In this document: piece after piece, positions 28,602 through 38,325 of the stretch
Numbering within the stretch: position 1 is the first letter of the stretch
How the letters are laid out: each line of letters starts with the position of its first letter
Assembly (NCBI GenBank): GCA_964342815.1
Contig: CAYFHS010000002.1
Location: forward strand, 184,790-248,789
DNA: 64,000 bases
Origin: an uncultured archaeon
GTDB taxonomy: Archaea > Thermoplasmatota > Penumbrarchaeia > JASLWR01
Direction: 5' to 3'
Notes under the pieces: model-generated
Told to the model about the DNA's origin: nothing
Databases searched by the model: none
The model's input: only the letters and a program-made list of their open reading frames with translations
Program-made: the position numbers and the translations under genes

Positions 28602-30524
28602 CTATGATAATCGTACCGTCTCAAGATTCTTGGGTACAATGGTCTCAATGCTGTACTTTCGTTTGATGGTGGCACCGAAATCCACCGATTTGGATGTTTC
28701 CCCGTGCCCGATTATGATCTTTTCCGGCCGCGGCTCCAAGGTGGCCACGTATGATAGGAGCTGTCTGCGGTCGCTGTGTCCCGAGAAACCGTCGCACACC
28801 TCGATGTTCAGATTGATCATTATCTTCATGGGTTTCCCCTTTTCGTATATTGTGATCTCCCGTTTTCCCTGCTGAATACCGTGGCCCTTGGTTCCAGCGG
28901 CCTGATATCCAACGAAAATCAGCGTGTTACTTCTCTCCGGGCCCCAGACCTTCAGGTATTCTATCACCGGTCCGCCGTTCAGCATTCCCGAGGTTGCAAG
29001 GACAACACATGAGTCCGGGTCATCGCATATCTCATTTCTTCTCGTCCTGGCTGAAACGTGTTCGAAAATTTCAGAAAGAAAGGGATTACTCCTTCTCTGG
29101 AAGATCATATTACGCAGTCTATCGTTTAAAAAATCCGGGTATGCGGTATGAATGGCCGTTGCTTCCATAATCATTCCGTCGAGATAGACCGGTACCGTTG
29201 GGATCTCTCCGGTCCGCATGAGTTTTTCTATGGTCATCATCACTTCCTGTGACCTTCCCACGGCAAAAACGGGAATGAGGACCTTCCCCCCTCTCTCGAT
29301 GGTCCTGTTGATTATGTCCTTCAGCTCTTTCGAGGCGGCTTTCCTGGGAGGTTGAAAGTCCATCTTTCCCCCGTAGGTCGATTCTGTGATTAAGGTTTCG
29401 AGCCTTGGAAATCTTCGGTTGGCGGGATTGAACAGGTAAGTGTTCTCGAACTTTATATCCCCTGTAACAGCTACGTTGTGGAACCCCTCCCCGAAGTGGA
29501 AGTGGGCAATGGAAGAACCCAGAATATGGCCTGCATTATGGAAAGTGAGCCTTACTTCGGGTGAAATATCGGTGGTTTCTCCGTAAGCCAAGGTTATAGT
29601 GTGCTGGACCTGCTTTCTGATATGTGCCGACTCGTATGGAGTTTTCTTTCCTTCACCCACGGCCACCTTGAGATAATCCAGCTGAAGCAGGGACATAAGA
29701 TCGCGGGTGGGGGCAGTGCAGAAGACCGGCCCATTATATTCGTACTTGAAAAGAAGGGGGACCAACCCGGAGTGGTCGAGATGAGCGTGGGTGATCACCA
29801 CCGCATCCAGGGTTTCGAGCGGCAATACTTCCGGAAGTCCCAGATAGGGTGAAACACTGTCCTCCTGCCCGCCAACATTTACCCCGCAGTCCACCAGTAC
29901 TTTTGTTCCCTCCGTGCTCAGCAGCAAACAGCTTCTACCCACCTCGTTAAATCCGCCGAGGCAGGTCAACCTGAGCCATTCCATTTTCTTGTTGGGCTCG
30001 GCGTATATGCATTTGCCCACCCTTCGGAGAAATTTCTTTCTTTCGACCTTCACTTCCTGGAGATACTGCCGGATCTCTTTCACGGTCTTCGAGGGAATGG
30101 GAGGTGTGCGGACCACTTTCGGGGCCCACCCGCTTGCCTGCTTTATTCTGGACAGGATCGCTCCTCTTCTCCCGATTGCGATACCCGGCGCGCCGGCTTC
30201 GATAATAACCTCACCGTTCTCTTCGACGAAGAGGATGTCGGAGACCTCCGCTTCCTCGGGCATTATCTGCTCGATCTTTTGGCGGGCTTCCTTGGGTCCC
30301 AGGAGTTCGCTGGGGTCCGGTCTTATTACAACCCGTTTCTTCAGGGATTGAGCCAGTTTTCGTACTATGTAGTTGTTCCTTGCAAATTCACCGAGGTTCT
30401 TCGTGTATATAACGATCTCGGGCCCTTCTATATCTATGGAGCTAATTATTACGGTCACGGGCAGCAGTTCCCTTATCTGCTCTTTAATCGTGTTAAGTAT
30501 CTTGTTGACACCCATCGAAACCAA
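28602..30524 (-). CDS. fttA: Archaeal beta-CASP ribonuclease aCPSF1 / transcription termination factor FttA (N-terminal KH domains)
   Basis: EGPEIVIYTKN, IGRRG KH motif, GGFNEVGRSC, THAHLDHSG, AGHILGS, ESTYG, FAVGRSQE and GFSGHSDR; adjacent to psmB, the usual archaeal synteny. Confidence 0.97.
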   Translation of the reverse strand: MVSMGVNKILNTIKEQIRELLPVTVIISSIDIEGPEIVIYTKNLGEFARNNYIVRKLAQSLKKRVVIRPDPSELLGPKEARQKIEQIMPEEAEVSDILFVEENGEVIIEAGAPGIAIGRRGAILSRIKQASGWAPKVVRTPPIPSKTVKEIRQYLQEVKVERKKFLRRVGKCIYAEPNKKMEWLRLTCLGGFNEVGRSCLLLSTEGTKVLVDCGVNVGGQEDSVSPYLGLPEVLPLETLDAVVITHAHLDHSGLVPLLFKYEYNGPVFCTAPTRDLMSLLQLDYLKVAVGEGKKTPYESAHIRKQVQHTITLAYGETTDISPEVRLTFHNAGHILGSSIAHFHFGEGFHNVAVTGDIKFENTYLFNPANRRFPRLETLITESTYGGKMDFQPPRKAASKELKDIINRTIERGGKVLIPVFAVGRSQEVMMTIEKLMRTGEIPTVPVYLDGMIMEATAIHTAYPDFLNDRLRNMIFQRRSNPFLSEIFEHVSARTRRNEICDDPDSCVVLATSGMLNGGPVIEYLKVWGPERSNTLIFVGYQAAGTKGHGIQQGKREITIYEKGKPMKIMINLNIEVCDGFSGHSDRRQLLSYVATLEPRPEKIIIGHGETSKSVDFGATIKRKYSIETIVPKNLETVRLS

Positions 30525-30778
30525 TCCAATATTTTTATTGAATATCCCGTCATCTTCAGCAGAATCCGAGTTAAAATTACTATTTATATTCTACTAGTGA
30601 ATTAATGTGACTTGTGTACCTTAGAACAATTTGATCCTTTTCAGAGGAAAGAACGGAGGGCCAGTAAAATCCGTTGGAAATATTCTAGAAAATGGCATCC
30701 CCTGCCGATATCAGCGTCATGCTGGCGGCTGGGCGTAGACGGCATTTATCTTAATTAAATCTTTTCTTTCAATAATGA

Positions 30779-31414
30779 TTATTTCAAACCCATGGCAGAT
30801 ATTCGTTTTTCTATCTCACCGGTGGTTAACCAGCTCCACCCTGCCTTCTGGGAAATGGCGGCGACATCGATTCCGTTACCGGATGCCGCATCTCTTTTCA
30901 TTGCTGCGGATATTGCTCTAATGGCAAGGTCAACAGAATCCTTTTTGGTCATATTCTCCTTGAAGTGGTCTTCAAGCACACCGTAAACGTACGGTGAGCC
31001 GGAACCGGTGGTCACGTAGGTGTCGGGAATACTTCCACCTGCTGCATCCAGAGAATAAACGTGGCCTCCCTCATTGTCGACACCTGCGATGATCAACTGT
31101 ACCCAGTATGGATAATATTTGCGGGCGTTCAGTATGTTCGCCATCAGCGTCGAGGCGGCCCTGACAGTTATAGGCGTGTTTCTTTTGAGTGCATAAAGCT
31201 CGGCTTCCGCTCTGAGATATCTCGCAAGGATCTGCGCATCTCCTACGAGGCCCGCAGTTGTGAGACCAAGTTTATCGGTGATCTTGAAGAGCTTCTGGGT
31301 TCTTTTATGGGCTATTAGAGTTCCCATGGTGGCCCTGTGCTCGGTTGCCAATACAACTCCGTCCTTATAAGTGAGACCTACAGTAGTGGTGCCTTTTAAT
31401 AATTTTTTTTCCAT
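30779..31414 (-). CDS. psmB: Proteasome subunit beta
   Basis: Short propeptide MEKKLLKG followed by TTTVG (Ntn nucleophile); GSGSPYVYGVLE and RDAASG motifs. Start placed at ATG 31414. Confidence 0.97.
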   Translation of the reverse strand: MEKKLLKGTTTVGLTYKDGVVLATEHRATMGTLIAHKRTQKLFKITDKLGLTTAGLVGDAQILARYLRAEAELYALKRNTPITVRAASTLMANILNARKYYPYWVQLIIAGVDNEGGHVYSLDAAGGSIPDTYVTTGSGSPYVYGVLEDHFKENMTKKDSVDLAIRAISAAMKRDAASGNGIDVAAISQKAGWSWLTTGEIEKRISAMGLK

Positions 31415-31605
31415 CTGAAATACACCCTTTATACGTGATTTTAGCAGCAAACGGAGGATAATGAAGACGGTATATATATTTTTGGTGCAAATGTGGTGAC
31501 GACTTTAAATTATCTCATTGGCCGATTGTACGATAAAAACGTTTAAATAAAGCCAGTAGTTATTCTTTTGCCCCGATTTAGTTATTATGTTGGAATAGTG
31601 AGACC

Positions 31606-32730
31606 ATGGCAAAACAGTTTACCGGGAGTTGGCCAATTCTCATTCTGCTCTTCCTGTGTTTTTTCCCCGGAGCCCTGATCTATCTTTTCCTCAATTACAA
31701 GGAGGTTGGACCGAGTCCGGCTCAAATGCAGGCAAGTCTCCAAGCCCAATACAACCCTCAAATTCAACCAACACCAACTCAGCAACCCGCCCCTCAATCG
31801 CCGCCTCCGGCTCCACTATCTTCTTTTCCACCCCCTGGTTCGCCCCGTGCATCTTCCGTGGCGCGGAACATCGAGATAGGTAACATGGGGGCACTGGAAA
31901 GAGCACCACCAAACTTGGAGAACACGATCCCGGGTTATACCATTTCCCATAAACTGGGTTCGGGTGGTTTTGCCACGGTTTACAAGGGGAAAGAGCTTGG
32001 GGGCCGGGATGTGGCAATCAAGATGCCGCGATTTCTTGAGGAAACCCTGGATTCTTCCATATACGATAAATTCGAATCCGAGGCAAACATGTGGAAGAAC
32101 CTTAAACACAAGAATATCGTAGAGTTCTACAGTTCCATTCTCGACCCCTATCCTGCCCTGGTAATGGAACTGATGGAGGGAGGCAGCCTCAAGGGACTGA
32201 TGAGCTCGCGGAGACTGACGACCCACGAAGCATTGAGCATATTGATCCAGCTGGTAGACGCCATTTCCTACGCCCACCGCATGGCTTCCATTCACAGGGA
32301 CATAAAGCCCGAGAACATCCTTTTTACCATTGACGGCATTCCAAAACTGACCGACTGGGGCATTGGCAAGTTCATGGCATCGGAATCCGCCACCAAGACA
32401 GTGGGGGCCAAGGGGACTCTTGCCTACAGCGCTCCCGAACAGGTCAGCAGGAAAAAATTCGGTGTGGTGGATTGGAGCACGGACATATTCCAGATTGCCG
32501 TTGTTGGTTACGAGATGCTCACAGGAATAAATCCCTTCATGGAAGATGATCCGGTCAGTATAATGGGCAAGATAATCAACGAGGATGTCACCCCTCCTTC
32601 CCTTTTAAATCCGGAGATCTCGCCGCATGTGGATACGGTAATACTCAAGGCTCTGGAGAAACGAAAAGAGGACCGCTGGAGAAGTGCGGACGTAATGTAT
32701 GACCGATTGAGGGCTGCAGGCGGGTATTAA
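31606..32730 (+). CDS. Hanks-type Ser/Thr protein kinase with an N-terminal membrane hairpin and a Pro/Gln linker
   Basis: LGSGGFATVYKG, VAIKMP, HRDIKPENIL, TDWG (DFG variant), GTLAYSAPEQ and TDIFQ motifs. Confidence 0.95.
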   Translation: MAKQFTGSWPILILLFLCFFPGALIYLFLNYKEVGPSPAQMQASLQAQYNPQIQPTPTQQPAPQSPPPAPLSSFPPPGSPRASSVARNIEIGNMGALERAPPNLENTIPGYTISHKLGSGGFATVYKGKELGGRDVAIKMPRFLEETLDSSIYDKFESEANMWKNLKHKNIVEFYSSILDPYPALVMELMEGGSLKGLMSSRRLTTHEALSILIQLVDAISYAHRMASIHRDIKPENILFTIDGIPKLTDWGIGKFMASESATKTVGAKGTLAYSAPEQVSRKKFGVVDWSTDIFQIAVVGYEMLTGINPFMEDDPVSIMGKIINEDVTPPSLLNPEISPHVDTVILKALEKRKEDRWRSADVMYDRLRAAGGY

Positions 32731-32752
32731 TAATTCTTTAAGTTTCGATATT

Positions 32753-33340
32753 TTGATTCCAGGAGGGAAGAACATTTCTCTGTCTGCCTTATGTAGGATA
32801 TTTCGTTCATTCTCCCCGTTCTATCTATCCCATCACCCGAACTGCAGGCATTACCGGGATGACGTAATTAAGATCGGCGGAAAAAATATCTGCGGTGGAT
32901 GTTTCTTTCTTTATTTCGGACTTATAGTTACGATCCCGCCACTGATTTTGCTGGGCGTTTACGGCTTTCTGAGTCCGCTCCGCCTGGCAATGGTCGGTTC
33001 ATTCATGATCATGCCCACCCTCGCAAGGACCTTCATGCGTTTCCGTTCGGTGTTTTTGCGGAGGTGTGTGAAGATATTCACCGGAGCGGGAGTTCTTCTT
33101 CTTGCCGCGATCCCCATCATTGCCGGCGGGTCGTTATGGCTGAGATATTTATATCTCCTATCTTTGGTCACGATGCTGGCTATGATCAGGTATCTTCAAG
33201 CGGCGAATTTTAGAAATATATGCTTCAGGTGCATTTACCATGGGGATTTTTCCCGATGTACGGGTTTTCGGGAGGTAGCGGAGAGATTGAGGAAGAACGG
33301 CTGTGATCCGTCCCGAATATTGAAAAAACGAAATTTTTGA
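32753..33340 (+). CDS. Cys/His-rich multi-pass membrane protein (DUF2085-like)
   Basis: HHPNCRHY...ICGGC before 4 TM helices; CFRC...C after them. Confidence 0.6.
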   Translation: MIPGGKNISLSALCRIFRSFSPFYLSHHPNCRHYRDDVIKIGGKNICGGCFFLYFGLIVTIPPLILLGVYGFLSPLRLAMVGSFMIMPTLARTFMRFRSVFLRRCVKIFTGAGVLLLAAIPIIAGGSLWLRYLYLLSLVTMLAMIRYLQAANFRNICFRCIYHGDFSRCTGFREVAERLRKNGCDPSRILKKRNF

Positions 33341-33399
33341 TTTACCCATCACATGGCTCTGCTGATATTTTTCCTTACGTTCGGTGAAAACGGCTTAGG

Positions 33400-33560
33400 C
33401 ATGAGAAAACGAACATACACTCATACCCGAGTTAAACGTAAAGTCAGGCACATTTGGACTGACTTCTTGGTAAAGACGTGCCCGCTTTGCTCCGCAACAC
33501 TAGTGTTGCTGCACCCTCGGCAAGTATGCCTACGGGTGCCAGAATGGGACGGCTTTACAC
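33400..33560. ncRNA. Candidate structured RNA or palindromic element (three-way junction plus flanking hairpin)
   Basis: GTAAAG(33470)...CTTTAC(33558) closes hairpins GCAACAC-TA-GTGTTGC and GCACCC..GGCA-AGTA-TGCC..GGGTGC; an extra hairpin AAGTCAG...CTGACTT lies at 33441-33465. No known RNA family recognised. Confidence 0.4.
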
Positions 33561-33614
33561 GTAAATCCACCAGTAAAAAATAAATATAATCTCAATTACT
33601 TCATTTCGAGATCG

Positions 33615-34406
33615 GTGATGCAAATGGGGAAAGTAAGCAAATACGTTCGAGACGCAAAAATGCCTAAGGTCTTTTCAGAGACCATTGTTAGAGAATATCC
33701 GGTAAAGGTCTCCCGGAAATGGTTCGTAAAAAAGATGAAAGAATGGTTCAAGGGCCAACGTTACGAGGTTGAGGTGGAGAGGGATGAGGTTTCCGACAAG
33801 TTAAAGGGAATAATTGGTTTTAAAAAAGGAATTAAGATAGCTCTCGAAGAGCAGTTTTCCATGTCCGTCAAGCACAAGGGGTCGCTGACGATCGTGAAAT
33901 TTGAGTTCTGGGGCCGGACACAGAAAAAGGCGGGAATGCTGACCTTCGCCACATTCGGCGCCGCCGCGCTGGTGGGTGCGGCCTCCATCACATCCCAGAA
34001 GTTGGAAGCCAAGAAGTTCTGCGCTCGATTTACAGAATATTTGGATTCGATCATGGCAAATTATTCCCCTTCAGGAAAAACCGAAAAGCCCGCCGCCCCG
34101 CTGCCCCCGCCGCCTGCGACAGAAAATACCTGTCCGCACTGCCAGGCTTCCGTCCAACCGGGCTGGAAAGCATGCCCCGCCTGCGGCAAGACGATACTGG
34201 ACGGTTCTTCGGATTGTACTTCCTGCGGAGCCGAGATGCAGCCGGGCTGGAAAGCGTGTCCCGCCTGCGGAAGATCCGCATCTTCAGCACGATCGGGTAC
34301 CAAAAAAACATGCCTTTCCTGCGGTCAGCAGGTGGATATTCGCTATAGCATATGCCCGTACTGCAGCCAACCCACTTCTCGTCAGTCGGAGCCAGTGGGC
34401 TACTAG
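33615..34406 (+). CDS. Double-zinc-ribbon (DZR) protein
   Basis: Three CPxC/CxxC...CPxC ribbons at the C-terminus (GWKACPACG twice), a Pro linker, and a hydrophobic Gly/Ala-rich segment. Confidence 0.85.
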   Translation: MMQMGKVSKYVRDAKMPKVFSETIVREYPVKVSRKWFVKKMKEWFKGQRYEVEVERDEVSDKLKGIIGFKKGIKIALEEQFSMSVKHKGSLTIVKFEFWGRTQKKAGMLTFATFGAAALVGAASITSQKLEAKKFCARFTEYLDSIMANYSPSGKTEKPAAPLPPPPATENTCPHCQASVQPGWKACPACGKTILDGSSDCTSCGAEMQPGWKACPACGRSASSARSGTKKTCLSCGQQVDIRYSICPYCSQPTSRQSEPVGY

Positions 34407-34473
34407 ATACGGAAGAATAAAAAGTACATTGATACAAGTTTTCAGTAGAGGCCCGGCGATAAAAACTTGACGG

Positions 34474-35121
34474 TCACATCCGCAGTATGTCGATGTGGTT
34501 CTCCGATTTCTCCACCCGCACCTTCGCCCCCTCGTAGACCTCCACCTCGTTATCGGTATACTCGACGGAGTACCGCTTTCTCGGGTCTTTGGTGGACCTG
34601 CCGTCGATATATTTTATCTGCGTATCCGGCGGATAACTGAACGGCAGATGCCCGTGCTGGTAGTTGATTATCGAGGTTCCTTTTTCCTTCACCTTCATCT
34701 TGTCGTTGCCGATCTTTATTCCGAACATGCCCTTTTTGAACTCTTCGTCTATTTCGAAGTTCAGGAAATAATCGCCGTCATCGTATTCCAGCCACCCCAC
34801 CCTGCCGTCGTTGAATTTTAAAAAGTACTCCTGCCAGGTCCAGCCGTCGGAGTCGCGGTATTCGATGACGCCCTTGATGACGAATCCCTGGTTGTTGTAG
34901 AAGCCCGCCGTATCTATGCCAAGAGGTCCGCGGTCCCGCGGGCCGTAGCTTATCTTCGTCTTTTCGAGAATTTCTTCCGCCTGGAACTCCTTTCGGTGCT
35001 CCTCGGACACTATGGCAGTACCGCAGTAAGGACACGAAACGGTCCTTACACCGGCTACTCTCTCCACCGGGGCGGAACAACTGGGACATTCAACCGTACC
35101 TACGGAACCCATGATAAACAC
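34474..35121 (-). CDS. DUF4178-like protein with an N-terminal Zn ribbon
   Basis: CPSCSAP...CPYCGT, then GVIEYRDSDGWTWQEYFL...GWLEYDDG and ending YSVEY...EVYEG. Confidence 0.75.
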   Translation of the reverse strand: MFIMGSVGTVECPSCSAPVERVAGVRTVSCPYCGTAIVSEEHRKEFQAEEILEKTKISYGPRDRGPLGIDTAGFYNNQGFVIKGVIEYRDSDGWTWQEYFLKFNDGRVGWLEYDDGDYFLNFEIDEEFKKGMFGIKIGNDKMKVKEKGTSIINYQHGHLPFSYPPDTQIKYIDGRSTKDPRKRYSVEYTDNEVEVYEGAKVRVEKSENHIDILRM

Positions 35122-35177
35122 CTTCGAATAATACCGAAAGAAGATAACCGGTTTATATCTAATAAGTTTTACTGCAT

Positions 35178-35193
35178 AATGGTACGTACCATT
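35178..35193. promoter_or_regulatory. Perfect 16-bp palindrome AATGGTACGTACCATT (candidate transcription-factor site)
   Basis: Lies in the divergent intergenic region, about 20 bp upstream of a minus-strand TATA-like GATATAAA that precedes the DUF4178 gene. Confidence 0.5.
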
Positions 35194-35425
35194 TATGGAG
35201 ATTCGGGAGAATCAGGGATTTGAATATCTTCTGTAGGCGAGAACTTGTTAGTTAAGCGAGGTCGCAGGTCCCGAGTGCAGTTTTTGATCCGTGGGTGTTT
35301 AATATCTAATTCTTTTAATCTTTTCTTTCTCTTTAAGTCATCTGATTCCTAAAACTGAAAACTCTTTTATATAAGAAAACCCTTATTTTAGAAAAGAGTT
35401 TCAAGTCAATCATCAAGGAGTTTAT

Positions 35426-37372
35426 ATGTATTCCAAAAGAGCTGTTACCCTGGCATTTACCTTGGTCCTCCTCTCATCATATTGTATCATCGGTTTTGAT
35501 CTTACTCAATCAGAGAAAAGGGAAGCGCGTCTATCCACTAGCGTGATAGAGGGGGAAAATGATCCATACATCAGAACCAGATTCGCAGGCGGGAATGGTA
35601 CTGGGGAAAATCCGTATCAGATATCGAATGTATCGCAATTGCAGGACATGAATCTCGATCTGTCTGCGAATTATACGTTGGTTAATGATATTGATGCATC
35701 CGAGACGAGGGAGTGGAATAATGGGAAAGGATTTACACCTATAGCGAATGACACAAATTCGACTAATAATTCTTTTGATGGAACATCATTTGCCGGAAGC
35801 TTAGATGGTAAAGGATACCACATAACTGATTTATATATTAATAGGTCAACAGAGATGTTCGTTGGTTTATTTGGTCAAACCATTAAGATAGGGTTAATCA
35901 GTAATATCACATTGATAGATATCCGCTTAAATGGTAAAGATAATGTCGGAGGAATTGTTGGAAAAAACTATGGATTGGTGTTAAATTGCTCTGTAACAGG
36001 AAATGTGACTGGCATTTCTGATGTAGGTGGGCTTGTTGGGATTAACTGTGATACTATCCAGAACTCCTCTGCAACAGGCAATGTAGATGGCAATCGGGTC
36101 GTAGGTGGACTTGTAGGGGGTAACTCAGCCATGATACAGAATTGCTCCGCCACAGGCAGTGTGAAAGGAGTAGAATTTACTGGTGGATTGGTAGGATGGA
36201 ACTATAATGGAATAATAAAGAATTGCTCCGCGACAGGAGTTGTGAAGGGATCTTATATCGTAGGTGGATTAGTAGGATTGAACGACAACACAGTTGAGAA
36301 CTGCTATGCAACAGGAGATGTAACTGGAAATAAATCTGTCGGGGGCCTAGTAGGAGAGAATCCCGACCTAGTTAAGAACAGCTACGCAACAGGAGATGTC
36401 TCTGGAAATACTTCTGTCGGTGGATTGGTGGGATCAAGCCGAGGAAATGTGATCTTCCCTATTGGATTTGGAAGAATAGTGAACTCCTTTGCAACAGGAA
36501 ATGTGACTGGAAAAGCTTCGGTCGGCGGATTGATGGGAAGCAATTCAGACAAAGTACAAAACTGCACGGCAACAGGGAATGTAGATGGCAATCGGTATGT
36601 AGGCGGACTTGTTGGAAGTAATTGTGCCATTATACTGAATGGTTTTGCAACAGGAAATGTGATTGGAGTTGGTTTTACTGGTGGACTTGTGGGATCTAAC
36701 AGTGACCCTGGAAGTATCATGAACAGCCATTCAACAGGCATTGTGAGTGGAGCAAATAATACTGGAAGACTGGTTGGATATAATTCGGGCATTGTTGAGA
36801 ATGATACATTGCCCGCTTTAAAATTCGGTTCTAGTATCGAAGTATCTACAATAGATCAAAACCTTCATCGAGAAGAATTAAAACCAGACCCAAATTGGGG
36901 TAGTAATTATCGAGTCCTGCTTGGCCATAGGTATACCATTACATTTTCGATTGAAAATACGGGTAAAGTTGATGCCTACAATATTACAGTGAACCTAAAA
37001 ATGGTCTATTCCTCAGGTAATTCAGATTTAATAAGAATGGATTTCGGAGATAACTTAAGCCTCATTGAGATCAAGGCCGAAAGCAACTTAACATTGGACT
37101 TTGATTGGTCACCTCATCGATATGGTGAGTATTACATGATGCTATTGACCATTGACCCAAATGACGAAATACAGGAGGTTGACAAGGACAACAATAAATT
37201 AGAGTTTATGTGGTTTAGGACCGAAGAGAAGCCAGGGACAACTCATGAAGATGTTGATTGGTCTTCAATCTTGGGACCCAACATTTCATTCTGGTCAGTT
37301 TTTCTTCTCGTGTTATGTTCATTATTGATATTTTTCATATTTATTTGGATTAAGAAAAAAGCCAAACTATAA
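35426..37372 (+). CDS. GLUG-repeat surface protein with a CARDB-like domain and a C-terminal TM anchor
   Basis: Signal peptide; FAGGNGTGENPYQI cap; about a dozen (V/T)GGLVG.N...(I/V).N..ATG.V.G repeats; IDPNDEIQEVDKDNN CARDB motif; terminal TM + KKK. AT-rich. Confidence 0.88.
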   Translation: MYSKRAVTLAFTLVLLSSYCIIGFDLTQSEKREARLSTSVIEGENDPYIRTRFAGGNGTGENPYQISNVSQLQDMNLDLSANYTLVNDIDASETREWNNGKGFTPIANDTNSTNNSFDGTSFAGSLDGKGYHITDLYINRSTEMFVGLFGQTIKIGLISNITLIDIRLNGKDNVGGIVGKNYGLVLNCSVTGNVTGISDVGGLVGINCDTIQNSSATGNVDGNRVVGGLVGGNSAMIQNCSATGSVKGVEFTGGLVGWNYNGIIKNCSATGVVKGSYIVGGLVGLNDNTVENCYATGDVTGNKSVGGLVGENPDLVKNSYATGDVSGNTSVGGLVGSSRGNVIFPIGFGRIVNSFATGNVTGKASVGGLMGSNSDKVQNCTATGNVDGNRYVGGLVGSNCAIILNGFATGNVIGVGFTGGLVGSNSDPGSIMNSHSTGIVSGANNTGRLVGYNSGIVENDTLPALKFGSSIEVSTIDQNLHREELKPDPNWGSNYRVLLGHRYTITFSIENTGKVDAYNITVNLKMVYSSGNSDLIRMDFGDNLSLIEIKAESNLTLDFDWSPHRYGEYYMMLLTIDPNDEIQEVDKDNNKLEFMWFRTEEKPGTTHEDVDWSSILGPNISFWSVFLLVLCSLLIFFIFIWIKKKAKL

Positions 37373-37561
37373 TATAAAATCATATTTCAACTTCTTTAGG
37401 ACGGCACGGGCTAAGTAATTCATTTCCACACAATATCTATTTTTACAAAGCTCAATCGTTCGACAACATTCCTACAAAAAAAAATTAAATATAGAAAAAG
37501 TATTAGCAAAGAACATATATAAGCGATGATTAACCGCAACCAATAATACTGTGGTGATGTA

Positions 37562-37840
37562 ATGAAAATCAATATTGAAGAAGAGACCATAGAGCTTACC
37601 CCGGAAGTATGGAAGGGCGAGACCGCATTGAAGGAAGATATTAAAAGCAAGATCGACATTGGAGATTACGATGTTGTGGAGGAATCCCTGGCATTGCGTG
37701 AGCTCACTTCAACCATGGAAGGATACACCAAGATCGAACTGAAACTTTCCAATACTTTCATCGAAGAATGCCATGAGAAGGCCAACGCAAGCGGAGTTAC
37801 TTTCTGGGAACTCGTAAGAGGGATCATTTTAAAAGAGTGA
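37562..37840 (+). CDS. Small acidic protein with a probable C-terminal ribbon-helix-helix domain
   Basis: GGTGATG RBS; the C-terminus IELKLSNTFIEECHEKANASGVTFWELVRGII fits the strand-helix-G-turn-helix RHH pattern. Confidence 0.6.
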   Translation: MKINIEEETIELTPEVWKGETALKEDIKSKIDIGDYDVVEESLALRELTSTMEGYTKIELKLSNTFIEECHEKANASGVTFWELVRGIILKE

Positions 37841-37865
37841 TTCATCGGAGCCCAGGATTTTTTTT

Positions 37866-38312
37866 CTATTCATAACCTACAAGACTTAATTCGATACCCA
37901 ATTCTTCCGCCGCCTCCAGTATCCGCTCGTCGCGATAAAATTCTCCGTATTTTATACTTGTAATGCCAGCATTCGCTATCAATTTAAAACAGTTCCAGCA
38001 GGGACTGGCAGTTATGTATATCTCCGAGCCTTCTATTTTGACCCCATTCTTGGCAGCCTGTATGATGGCATTCGCCTCGGCATGTGTAGTCCTTACGCAG
38101 TGGTCCCCCTCCATCAGGTGACCGATCTCATCACAGTGAGCGAGCCCCCTTATACTTCCGTTATACCCTGTTGAAAGTATTGTTCTGTTTCGAACTATTA
38201 GGCTTCCAACATGCTTTCGGTCACATGTGGCACGTGTAGCCACCCGGTGCGCGATCTCCATGAAATAGGCGTCCCAATCCGCTCTCTTTTTATTTTTTTC
38301 CACACTGGACAT
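37866..38312 (-). CDS. dCMP deaminase-family Zn-dependent deaminase
   Basis: RATCDRKHVG, TGYNG, HAEANAI and SPCWNC motifs; last gene of the purine run. Confidence 0.92.
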   Translation of the reverse strand: MSSVEKNKKRADWDAYFMEIAHRVATRATCDRKHVGSLIVRNRTILSTGYNGSIRGLAHCDEIGHLMEGDHCVRTTHAEANAIIQAAKNGVKIEGSEIYITASPCWNCFKLIANAGITSIKYGEFYRDERILEAAEELGIELSLVGYE

Positions 38313-38325
38313 TTCATCGCCCCCA

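Noticed and set aside
33353-33583. 76-aa ORF with CPLC as a Zn-finger gene
   Set aside because: Only one CxxC, no clear RBS, and the DNA is better explained by RNA-like secondary structure.
35200-35300. tRNA-like fragment (GGGATTTGAA) or att site next to the GLUG gene
   Set aside because: No cloverleaf can be built on either strand and no matching second att copy was seen.
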